The position numbers and the translations under genes were made by a program. Shown here one piece after another: positions 27,155-35,744 of a DNA stretch of 64,000 nucleotides (position 1 is its first letter; the number at the start of each line of letters is the position of its first letter). This stretch comes from a virus, in IMG/VR virus record IMGVR_UViG_2922401287_000005, positions 29,641 to 93,640 of that record, one strand, 5' to 3'. The notes under the pieces were generated by a model that saw only the letters and a list, made by a program, of their open reading frames with translations, was not told the origin of the DNA and made no database searches.

Positions 27155-27976
27155 TCACGTTTTCGTGAAATGCACCATGCTGGTGCACGATGAAAGCTCG
27201 GAGCCGAGGCGTTTGACCAGCCACTCGGTGTAGCTGACAGCTGATTCGTCGAGAGGGACATCCGACAATGTCCCATTGTCCCCTGATTGTCCCGTCGAAT
27301 GTCCCTGCGATCTGGCGCCCTGCCCGGGCTCCTTGACGATGGCCTTGGCGAACCTCTCCCCAAGGAAGGCCGACCACGACAGCTTGGGCGATCCCTCCTT
27401 GCGCGACTTGTACTCGGCCTTGAGGCGGTCGCGATCTACGCGGTCGAGCCCGCTGTAGAGCTCGGTCAGCGCGTCATAGGCCTCGCGGTTCTCATGGGTG
27501 CGGTGGACCCGGTCCTTGAGCTGGGTGTACTCGCGGTTGATCCGCTTCATGGTGCCGTCGCGCTGCCAGCGGGCGAGCGCCTCCTCCACCCTCCGGGCAA
27601 CGCTGGCGAAGGTCGTGGTGACGTCGCAGTCCTCGATCGGGGTGATGCCGGCGCAGAACGCCGTGCCTCGGACCAGCTCCACCACGGCGTCGACCTCGGC
27701 CGCGACCATCAGGCCATCCCTCGACTGCTGGATCTGGCGGTTGGCCTCGAACAGCTGCTTCAGGACGGCTGCGGCCTCGCGCTCGGTCCGGAACCAGACC
27801 TTGGTGCCGCGCGCCTTCATGGCGGCGATGCACCGGCTCACCATGCGCGTCTTGGACGCGCCCGGCAGCCGGTCGATCAGGATGCAGGTCAGGCCCAAGC
27901 GCTCCAGGAAATCCTCGGCGAGACGGGGGGCGGGACCTTTGGGAGAGGAGATCGACACGCTGTGAAGCATGGACAT
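27155..27976 (-). CDS. Hypothetical protein (273 aa) with GGGACA repeats near the 3' end
   Basis: Long ORF with strong GC3 bias; first gene of the leftward unit. Confidence 0.65.
   Translation of the reverse strand: MSMLHSVSISSPKGPAPRLAEDFLERLGLTCILIDRLPGASKTRMVSRCIAAMKARGTKVWFRTEREAAAVLKQLFEANRQIQQSRDGLMVAAEVDAVVELVRGTAFCAGITPIEDCDVTTTFASVARRVEEALARWQRDGTMKRINREYTQLKDRVHRTHENREAYDALTELYSGLDRVDRDRLKAEYKSRKEGSPKLSWSAFLGERFAKAIVKEPGQGARSQGHSTGQSGDNGTLSDVPLDESAVSYTEWLVKRLGSELSSCTSMVHFTKT
27171..27187. promoter_or_regulatory. Operator-like palindrome TGCACC-N5-GGTGCA
   Basis: TGCACC atgct GGTGCA; same consensus as the site between cro and cI. Confidence 0.65.
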
Positions 27977-28136
27977 CTCGCTTATCTGCTTCGCAGAATC
28001 CTCGACAACGACCTTTCGTCTATCACCGTAATTGTACGGAACCGTAAAGCCGCGCGGGATGCCAGCACACCCGAAGGGACATGCTTAGGGGACATTGGGT
28101 GGACAGTGAACATTGATGGATGCCCCTTGTTTCACG

Positions 28137-28153
28137 TGCAACACTCTGGTGCA
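28137..28153. promoter_or_regulatory. Operator-like palindrome (1 mismatch)
   Basis: TGCAAC actct GGTGCA upstream of both 27976(-) and 28205(+). Confidence 0.55.
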
Positions 28154-28204
28154 GAGGCGGCACGGGGTTTGACGCGGAGGCGCTCACGCGGGTATTGTTG
28201 CGAC

Positions 28205-28384
28205 ATGCCCAGACCCCGCAAGCCAGATGGCGCCGTGACCGGCAGCGAGAGCCGATCGCGCACCCTCCCGGCAACGTGGACCGACGGCTCCCGCGTGCTG
28301 GCATCCGATCTCCAGCCGGGCGCGACCTACGAGCTTGACCCGGAGACCGGCGCGATCCGCCGATCCCAGCAGCCGGTCCGATAG
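28205..28384 (+). CDS. Small hypothetical protein (59 aa)
   Basis: MPRPRKPDGAVTG...; AT-hook-like start. Confidence 0.5.
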   Translation: MPRPRKPDGAVTGSESRSRTLPATWTDGSRVLASDLQPGATYELDPETGAIRRSQQPVR

Positions 28385-28479
28385 CCCCGCTCACGCGACG
28401 GCCAGGTTCGACGCCCTTTCCCGATCTCAGCGCCTCACGTGAAGGCGACGGCCTAGCCGTCATCAGGCTGCGATGGGAT

Positions 28480-28850
28480 GGGCCGGGGCCGGTTTTTTCG
28501 GCTTTTCAGACATTTTTGGCCGTTTTCGGCCCTTTGGGGCCCGTTTTGGGGCCCTTCCCGGGCCTCCCTGCCCGTGATTCGGGGGCCCGGGGTCCGTCCA
28601 TCTCTCCCGGGGGCCGGGCCGGGCTTCCTGCCCGCCCGGCGCCCGTTGCCGGGCCCTCTACCGGGCTTTCCCTGCCCGGGGCCCGATTCGGGGCCCTCCC
28701 GGGGCCGGCTCCGGGCCCTTTGCCGTTTCCCGGGCTTCCGGGGCCCTGCTAGGGCCCTCCCGTTTCCGGGCTTCCCAAGGTCCAGCCGGGGCCGGTTCCC
28801 TAATCAGCGGCGTTTCTAGGGGCCCGATTCCCGGGCTTTGGGGGGCCCGC
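28480..28850. repeat. A-poor region dense in GGGCCC/CCCGGG/CCGG palindromes
   Basis: Visible low complexity; shares 14-nt and 12-nt motifs with 53806-53832. Confidence 0.6.
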
Positions 28851-28886
28851 ACATTCGCGTTTCCGGTGCACCCGCAGGGGTCTATT

Positions 28887-28903
28887 TGCACCTGTTAGGT
28901 GCA
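28887..28903. promoter_or_regulatory. Operator-like palindrome TGCACC-N5-GGTGCA
   Basis: TGCACC tgtta GGTGCA. Confidence 0.65.
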
Positions 28904-29028
28904 TTGCCAGCCCTGCCATGGGGCCGCAGAATCCCGGTTCCGGCCCTCAACAGCCAATTAACGCGCGTTTTCAATAGGTTAACCGGTGCATCAATTCGCC
29001 CTTCCGGCGCATTTTACTCTTTACTATA

Positions 29029-29045
29029 TGCACCGGTCCGGTGCA
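29029..29045. promoter_or_regulatory. Operator-like palindrome TGCACC-N5-GGTGCA
   Basis: TGCACC ggtcc GGTGCA next to an AT-rich promoter-like tract. Confidence 0.65.
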
Positions 29046-29545
29046 TTATGTGTCCGGGGCCCTCCCGGGGCCCCACGGCACACCCGGCCAAGCAGCCCCC
29101 CATCTTTGGGCAATAGGGTCTTTCGGCAGCTAGTGCCGTTAGCCTTGGAGAGTCCCGACAATGGATCGGGCCCCGCACAAGCCCGTCATATACGGGCCCG
29201 TGGGGCCGGTGCCCGGAGTCACAGTGGCTTTCCCTCTCCGCGCGCAGCGTCGCCATGGGGGCAGGGTTATCGGCATGGTCTAGGCTTGTCGGGTGGCGGT
29301 TTGGCCCAATAGGTCGTTGCGCACGCATTCACAGGCGCATGCAAGTCAAACCAATGCCGGTCTCCCGCGCCAATCGTAACCCGCCCGGTTCCATTCATTT
29401 GGCCGTGTTAGGTAGCCAAGCGCGCAGCATCCAGCCGCGCGCAAGGTAATCAGCGAAAGCCCCCGGGGGCCGTCATATACCGCCCCCGGGGCTTTGCTTA
29501 GTACGGCGCATGTCCGCCGCACCAATCAAAGCCCCATCTTTCATC

Positions 29546-29571
29546 GCCCGCGCCAACAGCGCGGGCTTTTT
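29546..29571 (+). terminator. Intrinsic terminator in the leader of the plus-strand operon
   Basis: GCCCGCGC-CAACA-GCGCGGGC-TTTTT just upstream of the first RBS. Confidence 0.6.
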
Positions 29572-29597
29572 GTTGCCCCAAACCAAAGGAGACCACG

Positions 29598-29963
29598 ATG
29601 ACCAAGTTCACCGCTTACCTTCACTGGTTCAACGCCGATGGCGAGTTCGAGTGCCACGTCCCAGTCGGACGCGGCCGGCCCCCCCCCCCCCCGCGAGGAG
29701 AACGCGCCCTTCGCTCGCGACGGCGTCCCCTTCACCAAATGTTTCGTGCGCATCTTCGGCGACGGCCGCATGGTCAAGCGTTTCGACGCCTGCAAGACCA
29801 AGGGCTGGCGCGTCGCCGCCTGATCCGCCCGCGTCCCACCGACTGGGTGCTGACGCTCGCTGACGGCACCACTAAGACCGTCACCATCTACGACAACCGC
29901 CATCTCCGCGAGGAGATGGCACGGCTCGGCGCCAAGCGCGCCGAGCCCACCGAGACCATCTGA
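29598..29963 (+). CDS. First operon gene(s); frame set by a C14 tract
   Basis: AAAGGAGACC RBS; C run at 29679-29692; the +1 frame REENAPF...VAA ends at 29823. Confidence 0.5.
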   Translation: MTKFTAYLHWFNADGEFECHVPVGRGRPPPPPRGERALRSRRRPLHQMFRAHLRRRPHGQAFRRLQDQGLARRRLIRPRPTDWVLTLADGTTKTVTIYDNRHLREEMARLGAKRAEPTETI

Positions 29964-30006
29964 CCCCAACCGCCGTTTCGCAGACGGCACTCAAGGAGAC
30001 CATCCC

Positions 30007-30183
30007 ATGAAGTCCATCGTCCCGAACTACCCGATGCCCTCGCAGTCGATCCTCGTCCCCAACGAGACCGATGTCCGCGTCCGCCTCTGGGCGACGTCCT
30101 CCGTAACCATCTCGTGGGTCGAGATGGGCATGATCCTGGCCGCGCACGTTTGCCTCGGCTTCCTTCTCGGCCTCGCACTCTGA
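30007..30183 (+). CDS. Small membrane protein (58 aa)
   Basis: AAGGAGACC RBS; MKSIVPNYP...LGFLLGLAL. Confidence 0.6.
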   Translation: MKSIVPNYPMPSQSILVPNETDVRVRLWATSSVTISWVEMGMILAAHVCLGFLLGLAL

Positions 30184-30193
30184 GGAGGATCAC

Positions 30194-30436
30194 ATGCCCT
30201 GCCAACACCGAGACGACGGCCGCGGTCGCTGCATCGACTGCGATGAAGCGATCCCCGAGCCGCAGCTCAAGAAATACACGGTCACCATCCGGGAGACTGC
30301 CGTCTACCGGGTCGAGGTCGAGGTCGCGAACCGCGGCGAAGCCGAGGAGGCCGCGCTCGCGATCTTCCTCGACGCCGAGGACACCAACACGTTCTTCGAT
30401 CATGTCGAGCAACGCGACGCCGACGTCACCGGATAA
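30194..30436 (+). CDS. DpnD/PcfM-like small protein
   Basis: KKYTVTIRETAVYRVEVEVANRGEAEEAA; GAGGAG RBS. Confidence 0.6.
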   Translation: MPCQHRDDGRGRCIDCDEAIPEPQLKKYTVTIRETAVYRVEVEVANRGEAEEAALAIFLDAEDTNTFFDHVEQRDADVTG

Positions 30437-30480
30437 ACCCACCCGCCGCCTTCGCAGGACGGCATCACAAGGAGACCATC

Positions 30481-30834
30481 ATGGAACAATTCGTGACGAA
30501 GCTCGGCAAGACCCGGGCTGGAGACCGCACGCGCATCTGGATCGAGGGCAAACGCCTCACCGAACACGGCTTCAAGGTCGGCGACCTGTTCGCCAAGCAT
30601 TGGAACGAGAAGCATCGCGAGCTGGTGCTGTCGAAGATCCATCCGCGCACCACCGAGATGATGAAGCGCGAGAGCTACGGCAAGGTGTCCGGCAAGGGCG
30701 AGAAGCCGATCATCGACATCACTGGCGCCAAGATGCAGGCGACGTTCGGCCTGTTCGAGAGCGTCGTCGTTACCTACGACCGTGGCTCGATCCGGATCGA
30801 GTTGGGGACCGCGATCAAGGTCGGGAGGGTCTGA
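30481..30834 (+). CDS. Hypothetical protein (117 aa)
   Basis: Hairpin + AAGGAGACC RBS. Confidence 0.75.
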   Translation: MEQFVTKLGKTRAGDRTRIWIEGKRLTEHGFKVGDLFAKHWNEKHRELVLSKIHPRTTEMMKRESYGKVSGKGEKPIIDITGAKMQATFGLFESVVVTYDRGSIRIELGTAIKVGRV

Positions 30835-31103
30835 TGAGCACCACCCACCTGATCGCCATCAACGGCGACCTGCTCTCGCGCATCAACGACGACCCGGCGG
30901 CATTCGCCGACGCCGTCGTTGCGATCTGCTCGCGCTCCGGCGGATCGCCGGCGGACCGAGAGCACCTCCAGCAGTTCGGAGCGAAGTATCTCAACGCCAG
31001 CATGAACGGCGCCGACGCCGCCCTTCGAGCGTTCCTCGCAGCTGACTGGGAGCTCTTCACCGGGCATCCGCCCTGTCAGTACGTCGCACCTCGCGACAAG
31101 TAA
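30834..31103 (+). CDS. Hypothetical protein ending in a methyltransferase-like motif
   Basis: MSTTHLIAING...ADWELFTGHPPCQY. Confidence 0.6.
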   Translation: MSTTHLIAINGDLLSRINDDPAAFADAVVAICSRSGGSPADREHLQQFGAKYLNASMNGADAALRAFLAADWELFTGHPPCQYVAPRDK

Positions 31104-31149
31104 CCCACTCACGCCCGTTCGCAGCGGGCTCAACAAGGAGACCACCATC

Positions 31150-31359
31150 ATGACGAACGAAGATCGCCGACAGCACGGCCGCGCCGTGCTGCAGACTTAC
31201 GAGGCCCTGCCGGGCGTCGAGACCCGCGCCGATGGCGCGCCGCTCGATCAGGTCCTGACCGACCTGCTTACCGACCTCCGCCACACCGTGTCGATGGACG
31301 TGTTCGCGAAAGCGGTTAGCCTGTCGGAGACGCACTTCCATGCCGAGGCAGGCCGATGA
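31150..31359 (+). CDS. Hypothetical protein (69 aa)
   Basis: Hairpin + RBS; DLLTDLRH motif. Confidence 0.7.
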   Translation: MTNEDRRQHGRAVLQTYEALPGVETRADGAPLDQVLTDLLTDLRHTVSMDVFAKAVSLSETHFHAEAGR

Positions 31360-31403
31360 GGAAAACATCCCCAATATTGTACCTTACGGACCCAGAGGCT
31401 ACC

Positions 31404-32261
31404 ATGAGTGACGCCGGGAATCCTTTCACACCCGGCAGGCCTCGGAGCCTGTGGGAAATGATAAACTGCTCGGTTATGGCGATTTGTTCGATTGGGTCTC
31501 AATTCATGCTCGAACAGCTTATGCGTGAGGATGATTTACCCGGGCCATTGTCTCTTGAAGAGTCCATGAAGCAATTAACAAGTGAGGAAGCGTTCAAAAT
31601 CGGGAAATGGATGGATGAAGCCGAGTCTATATCGAAAGATTTTGAATGCACCGCCGCGTTAGAGCGAATTGCGATCATCCGTAAATCCCTTGCTCGGGGA
31701 ATGACGCATCGTGTTCTTTGTGTGGAACTCCGGGTATTGCGAGAGACCATAGACAGCGGCCTGAACAATCAGTTGATCTATCGATATCCAGCCGAAAAAG
31801 CCCGGGTATTTGGCAACTGGAAATCGGATTGGGAAAAAGTCATCGTGGCCTTCCCGTCCGCAAAAAAGGATATTCTAGAATGCGTTGACCTTTGGGCTAT
31901 GGCTCATCCCACAGCTAGCGTATTTCACGCCATGCGCATCCTTGAGCATGGACTCCGCGCGCTGGCTAAGCACGTTGGCAAGACCTTCGATATTCAGAAT
32001 TGGCAAAACATAATCGATGAAATCGAAAGCGGGATTCGAGATCGAGCCAAAAAAATGCCGAGAGGGAGCGACAAGAACGAAAAGTTGAAATTCCTGTCAG
32101 AGGCCGCGAAGGAATTTACCTATTTCAAAGACGGATGGCGCAATTACGTTTCGCACAATCGATCCGACTATGATGAGCATCAGGCCCGGAGTGTGTACGA
32201 ACATGTGCGCACGTTCATGACCGTACTTTCTTCGCAGATGGGCGAGGTGACGACCCGATAA
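31404..32261 (+). CDS. HEPN-domain protein in a low-GC insert
   Basis: ASVFHAMRILEHGLR helix and WRNYVSH (Rx4H) motif; AT-richer than its flanks. Confidence 0.75.
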   Translation: MSDAGNPFTPGRPRSLWEMINCSVMAICSIGSQFMLEQLMREDDLPGPLSLEESMKQLTSEEAFKIGKWMDEAESISKDFECTAALERIAIIRKSLARGMTHRVLCVELRVLRETIDSGLNNQLIYRYPAEKARVFGNWKSDWEKVIVAFPSAKKDILECVDLWAMAHPTASVFHAMRILEHGLRALAKHVGKTFDIQNWQNIIDEIESGIRDRAKKMPRGSDKNEKLKFLSEAAKEFTYFKDGWRNYVSHNRSDYDEHQARSVYEHVRTFMTVLSSQMGEVTTR

Positions 32262-32273
32262 TCCGATCTAGAG

Positions 32274-33000
32274 TGCGGTCAAATTCTTTCCCGGTTTCAT
32301 CCACGCCAAGGTCCTGATCGCCTGCGAGTACACCGGCCCCGTGCGACGCGCATTCGCCGCACGGGGCCATGATGTCTGGTCCTGCGACCTGCTTCCCTCG
32401 CCCGATGGCAGCAACCGCCACATCGCCGACGACGTCCGCAACGTGCTCGACGACGACTGGGACTTCCTCACACCCGCCGTGCACCAGGCTCGCGAACAGC
32501 GGCGTGCGCTGGCTCGACGAGCCGCCCGGTCGACTGACGGCCGAGCACTACTCGGCGAAGGAGATCGCCGCCTACGCCACGATGAACCGGCGCGAGCGCC
32601 TGGACTTCATCTGGTTCAAGCTCGAGGAAGGCGCCAAGCTGTTCTCCACGCTCTGGGACGCGAAGATACCGCGCAAGGTGCTAACCCGGTGATGCACAAG
32701 CACGCCAAGAAACGCATCCGCCGCTACCGCGAGTTTTCGCAGTCGATCCAGCCGTGGATGTTCGGCGACTTCGAGACCAAGCGGACGTGCTTCTGGACCG
32801 ACTTCGAGGGCGAGGACGCGCCGCCGCTCAAGCCCACCTACCGGACGATGGAAGAGTGCCGCAAGGCGCTCGACCTGCCGAGAGGTGCGAAGCCCGTCGA
32901 CCGCGTCCACAAGGCAGCCCCCGGCCCGAAGCGATGGGCCGAGCGCAGCAAGTTCTTCCCGAAGGTGGCGGAGCAACTCGCCATTCAATACGCAGGATAG
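32274..33000 (+). pseudogene. C5-cytosine methyltransferase-like gene, interrupted and frameshifted
   Basis: KVLIACE...GHDVWSCDL, HPPCTRLANSG, (E)NPVMH, IQPWMFG and KRTCFW lie in different frames; first two codons displaced to 31356. Confidence 0.8.
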
Positions 33001-33006
33001 GACGCC

Positions 33007-33246
33007 ATGACAGCGTTCATCTACAGCGATGCGATCGGCCGCTCCGGCGACTGGACCAAACAGGCGCACCCTCGGATGCACAAGTTCGATCAGTACTATC
33101 ACGAGGGCAAGAACGCCTACCTCAGCGTCATGAAGGACGGATCGTGGGAGCTGTTCCTGCCCGTCGAGGTCGCCGGCATCGAATGTTTCCCCAGTGCGCC
33201 AACGCACCGGGGCACGACCGAGCAGGAGCTCGTCCCCTACCTGTAA
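33007..33246 (+). CDS. Hypothetical protein (79 aa)
   Basis: ORF with AGGA RBS. Confidence 0.6.
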   Translation: MTAFIYSDAIGRSGDWTKQAHPRMHKFDQYYHEGKNAYLSVMKDGSWELFLPVEVAGIECFPSAPTHRGTTEQELVPYL

Positions 33247-33290
33247 CCCTGCCCCGTTTCGCAGACGGGCAACTCAAGGAGACCAACCAC

Positions 33291-33548
33291 ATGAGAACAC
33301 TCTATCAATACACCGACCCGAAGATCGGCGCGAAGATCAAGCTGGTCGAGCGGACCACGCTCGTGCCCGCCACGCCGTTCCAGCGGGCGACCGAGCGCAA
33401 GGCCTTCGCCGTCACCCTCGACATCCCCGGCGAGTACGCGACGTTCGAGAGGTACGACGACGTCGAGTACGCCGCCGGCGCCTTCATCAACACGTGCGAG
33501 ATGTTCGGCGACGTGATGATGCGCAATCACGTGGTGTTCCTGCCATGA
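33291..33548 (+). CDS. Hypothetical protein (85 aa)
   Basis: Hairpin + RBS; MRTLYQYTDP... Confidence 0.7.
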   Translation: MRTLYQYTDPKIGAKIKLVERTTLVPATPFQRATERKAFAVTLDIPGEYATFERYDDVEYAAGAFINTCEMFGDVMMRNHVVFLP

Positions 33549-33850
33549 GAAAGAGCAACGTCGGACCGCTGGTCGACGAGCTGGGCCTGCTGGAGGCCAG
33601 GATCGCCGACATCGAGATCATGGCCCAGCCGCTCCGTGACCAGATCAAGGCGATGGGCGCCGGAGCCTACGAGGGCGAGCTGTTCCGGGCGGTCGTCTCC
33701 GAATACGACCGCAAGAACCTCAACATGAAGGCGGTGAAGCAGAAGCTCTCCCCGCAGTTCATCCGCGCCCACACCAAATACACGCCGACCACGAGCCTCA
33801 CCGTCAAGGGGCGCAACGCGATCGACGTGACCACCGAGGGCGACGACTAG
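33545..33850 (+). CDS. Hypothetical protein (101 aa)
   Basis: ATG overlaps the upstream stop; MRKSNVGPLVDELG... Confidence 0.65.
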   Translation: MRKSNVGPLVDELGLLEARIADIEIMAQPLRDQIKAMGAGAYEGELFRAVVSEYDRKNLNMKAVKQKLSPQFIRAHTKYTPTTSLTVKGRNAIDVTTEGDD

Positions 33851-33928
33851 TCGCCTTCCACGACCCGGCACCGGGCCTTCGCAGGGCCCGGGCCGGAGAC
33901 CTGCAACCTCAAACAAGGAGACCATCCC

Positions 33929-34615
33929 ATGAGAACCATCACGATCGAGCTATTCCAGTTCGACGAATTGAGCGACGCCGCCAAGGTGAAGGCGCGCGAC
34001 TGGTATCGCGAGGCGAGCGCCGGCGACATCGACTTCGCCGACAGCATCTACGAGGACGCGAGCGAGATCGCCACGCGGCTCGGCATCACGTTCAAGCTCC
34101 GGACCTGCCAGACGGTCGGCGGCCGAACCTTCACGCAGCCCTGCATCTGGTGGAGCGGCTTCTCGTCTCAGGGCGATGGCGCCTGCTTCGAGGGTGGCTA
34201 CGGCGCACCGGAGGCCAGAGAAGGCAAGGAAGCGTGGGCATCGTTGAGCGCGCTGGATCGCGTGAAGGAGTACGCCCCGACCGACGAGGTGCTGCACGGC
34301 ATCGCCGGCAGGCTGGACGCCTTGCAGGCGAAGTGCTCGCAGCGCCTCACCGCGATCATCACCCACCGGGGCAACTACTACCACGCCCTCACGATGGACG
34401 TGGACGCCGAGCTGCTCAATGCGGACAGCGAGGCGATCGACATCGCGGAGGATGACGAGAAGGAGCTGCGCGAATGCTTCGTTGCCTTCGCCAACTGGAT
34501 TTACCGCGAGCTTGAGGAGGAGAACACCTACCGGAACACGGACGAGTACGTGGACGACACCATCCGCGCCAACGAGTACGAGTTCCACGCCGACGGCCGG
34601 AGGGATCGCACATGA
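33929..34615 (+). CDS. Conserved mobile-element protein (family often labelled antitoxin of TA stability system)
   Basis: FQFDELSDAAKVKARDWYR and WSGFSSQGDGACFEG motifs. Confidence 0.7.
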   Translation: MRTITIELFQFDELSDAAKVKARDWYREASAGDIDFADSIYEDASEIATRLGITFKLRTCQTVGGRTFTQPCIWWSGFSSQGDGACFEGGYGAPEAREGKEAWASLSALDRVKEYAPTDEVLHGIAGRLDALQAKCSQRLTAIITHRGNYYHALTMDVDAELLNADSEAIDIAEDDEKELRECFVAFANWIYRELEEENTYRNTDEYVDDTIRANEYEFHADGRRDRT

Positions 34616-34836
34616 GCATCCAGATCGCCCGCGATTCCTTCGCCCGTCAGGACCTGTGCCGCGAGGTCGTCGCAACCTCGCAGGACTGCGATTGGTGCGG
34701 CGGCTTCCGCTATCGCAGCGGCCGCAAGCTGCAGGCCCTGTTCCGCTACAGCACCGAGACCGACGGCGGCCGCACGCACGATCATCGCGGCCTGTTCTGC
34801 TCGAAGGGCTGTCACGACAGCTACCACGACCAATGA
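34612..34836 (+). CDS. Small Zn-finger protein
   Basis: CDWC and FCSKGC. Confidence 0.65.
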   Translation: MSIQIARDSFARQDLCREVVATSQDCDWCGGFRYRSGRKLQALFRYSTETDGGRTHDHRGLFCSKGCHDSYHDQ

Positions 34837-34985
34837 GCAAGCCCGTCTACATGGTGCTGCGCCGGGCGGAGCCCGGCACACACTACGTGCTTGCGACCCA
34901 TCGCAAGTTCTATCGCTACAGCGAGGCCGCCCTGTTCACCCAGAGCCTCGCTGTTTCCTGCAACCCCATCATCCTGATGATCTGA
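34833..34985 (+). CDS. Small hypothetical protein (50 aa)
   Basis: ATG overlaps the upstream stop. Confidence 0.5.
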   Translation: MSKPVYMVLRRAEPGTHYVLATHRKFYRYSEAALFTQSLAVSCNPIILMI

Positions 34986-34999
34986 CAAGGAGACCAACC

Positions 35000-35437
35000 G
35001 TGATCCGCAATACCCCCACCTTCCGCTTTAAGTGCGCCTACATGGGCTGCGTCGAGTACGAGGTCTGCGACGAGAGCGGACACTACCTCGTCGAGATCAG
35101 GGAGCGCAGCCCGGACGCCTACGCCCTGTCGATCGCCAACGGCGACGGCGTCCGCTCCGAATGGAAGTCGTCGGTCGGTATCCTTCGCCGCGCCTCCGGC
35201 TGGAGCAAAGGCGAGAACGGCCGCTACTCGTTCGAGGTCGCGCCCGACACGGTGGACGCCTTCAACGAGTGGCGCATGGAGGAGCACCTCGCCGCGATCG
35301 CCAAGATCGAGGCGCAGCCCGAGCGCTACGGCGTTCTCACCGCTGACGATCCGATCCGCCGTCCGCCTCCGCTGGCGCGCGGCGGCGACTACCGGTTCGG
35401 TGAGTATGTCTGGGACGTCACCCATGCCCTCGCCTGA
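35000..35437 (+). CDS. Hypothetical protein (145 aa)
   Basis: AAGGAGACC RBS, GTG start. Confidence 0.7.
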   Translation: MIRNTPTFRFKCAYMGCVEYEVCDESGHYLVEIRERSPDAYALSIANGDGVRSEWKSSVGILRRASGWSKGENGRYSFEVAPDTVDAFNEWRMEEHLAAIAKIEAQPERYGVLTADDPIRRPPPLARGGDYRFGEYVWDVTHALA

Positions 35438-35441
35438 TCGC

Positions 35442-35666
35442 ATGACGCACGACTGGCAGCCGCTTCCCGCCGCCGATGGCTGCGCGACCAAGGGGAAATG
35501 GGAGCACGTCCCCGGCAAGCCGGTCTGCCTCGTGCGGACCGAGCCGACGCCGCAGGGGTTTCTGTGGCAGCACGGCAAGCAATACGGCTTCGGCAAGACC
35601 CTTGCCGAGGCCAAGGAGTGGGCGGAGGCAGCCAGAGAGTTCTGGCCGCGTCATCTGCCCGGATAA
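35442..35666 (+). CDS. Hypothetical protein (74 aa)
   Basis: MTHDWQP...; TLAEAKEWAE motif. Confidence 0.55.
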   Translation: MTHDWQPLPAADGCATKGKWEHVPGKPVCLVRTEPTPQGFLWQHGKQYGFGKTLAEAKEWAEAAREFWPRHLPG

Positions 35667-35744
35667 CGACGACCCCGCGCGACCGATTTCGCAGATCGCC
35701 GCGCGGGCCCCACCCGGATCACCTCACACAAGGAGACCATCACC

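Noticed and set aside
28955-28985. TTAA half-sites as CtrA boxes
   Set aside because: No full TTAA-N7-TTAA match
28478-29449. Pro/Gly/Arg-rich ORFs in the divergent region
   Set aside because: Products of low-complexity DNA, with no RBS or coding bias
32231-32237. TTCGCAG inside the HEPN gene (also at 21487)
   Set aside because: No flanking stem and no matching RBS; chance occurrences
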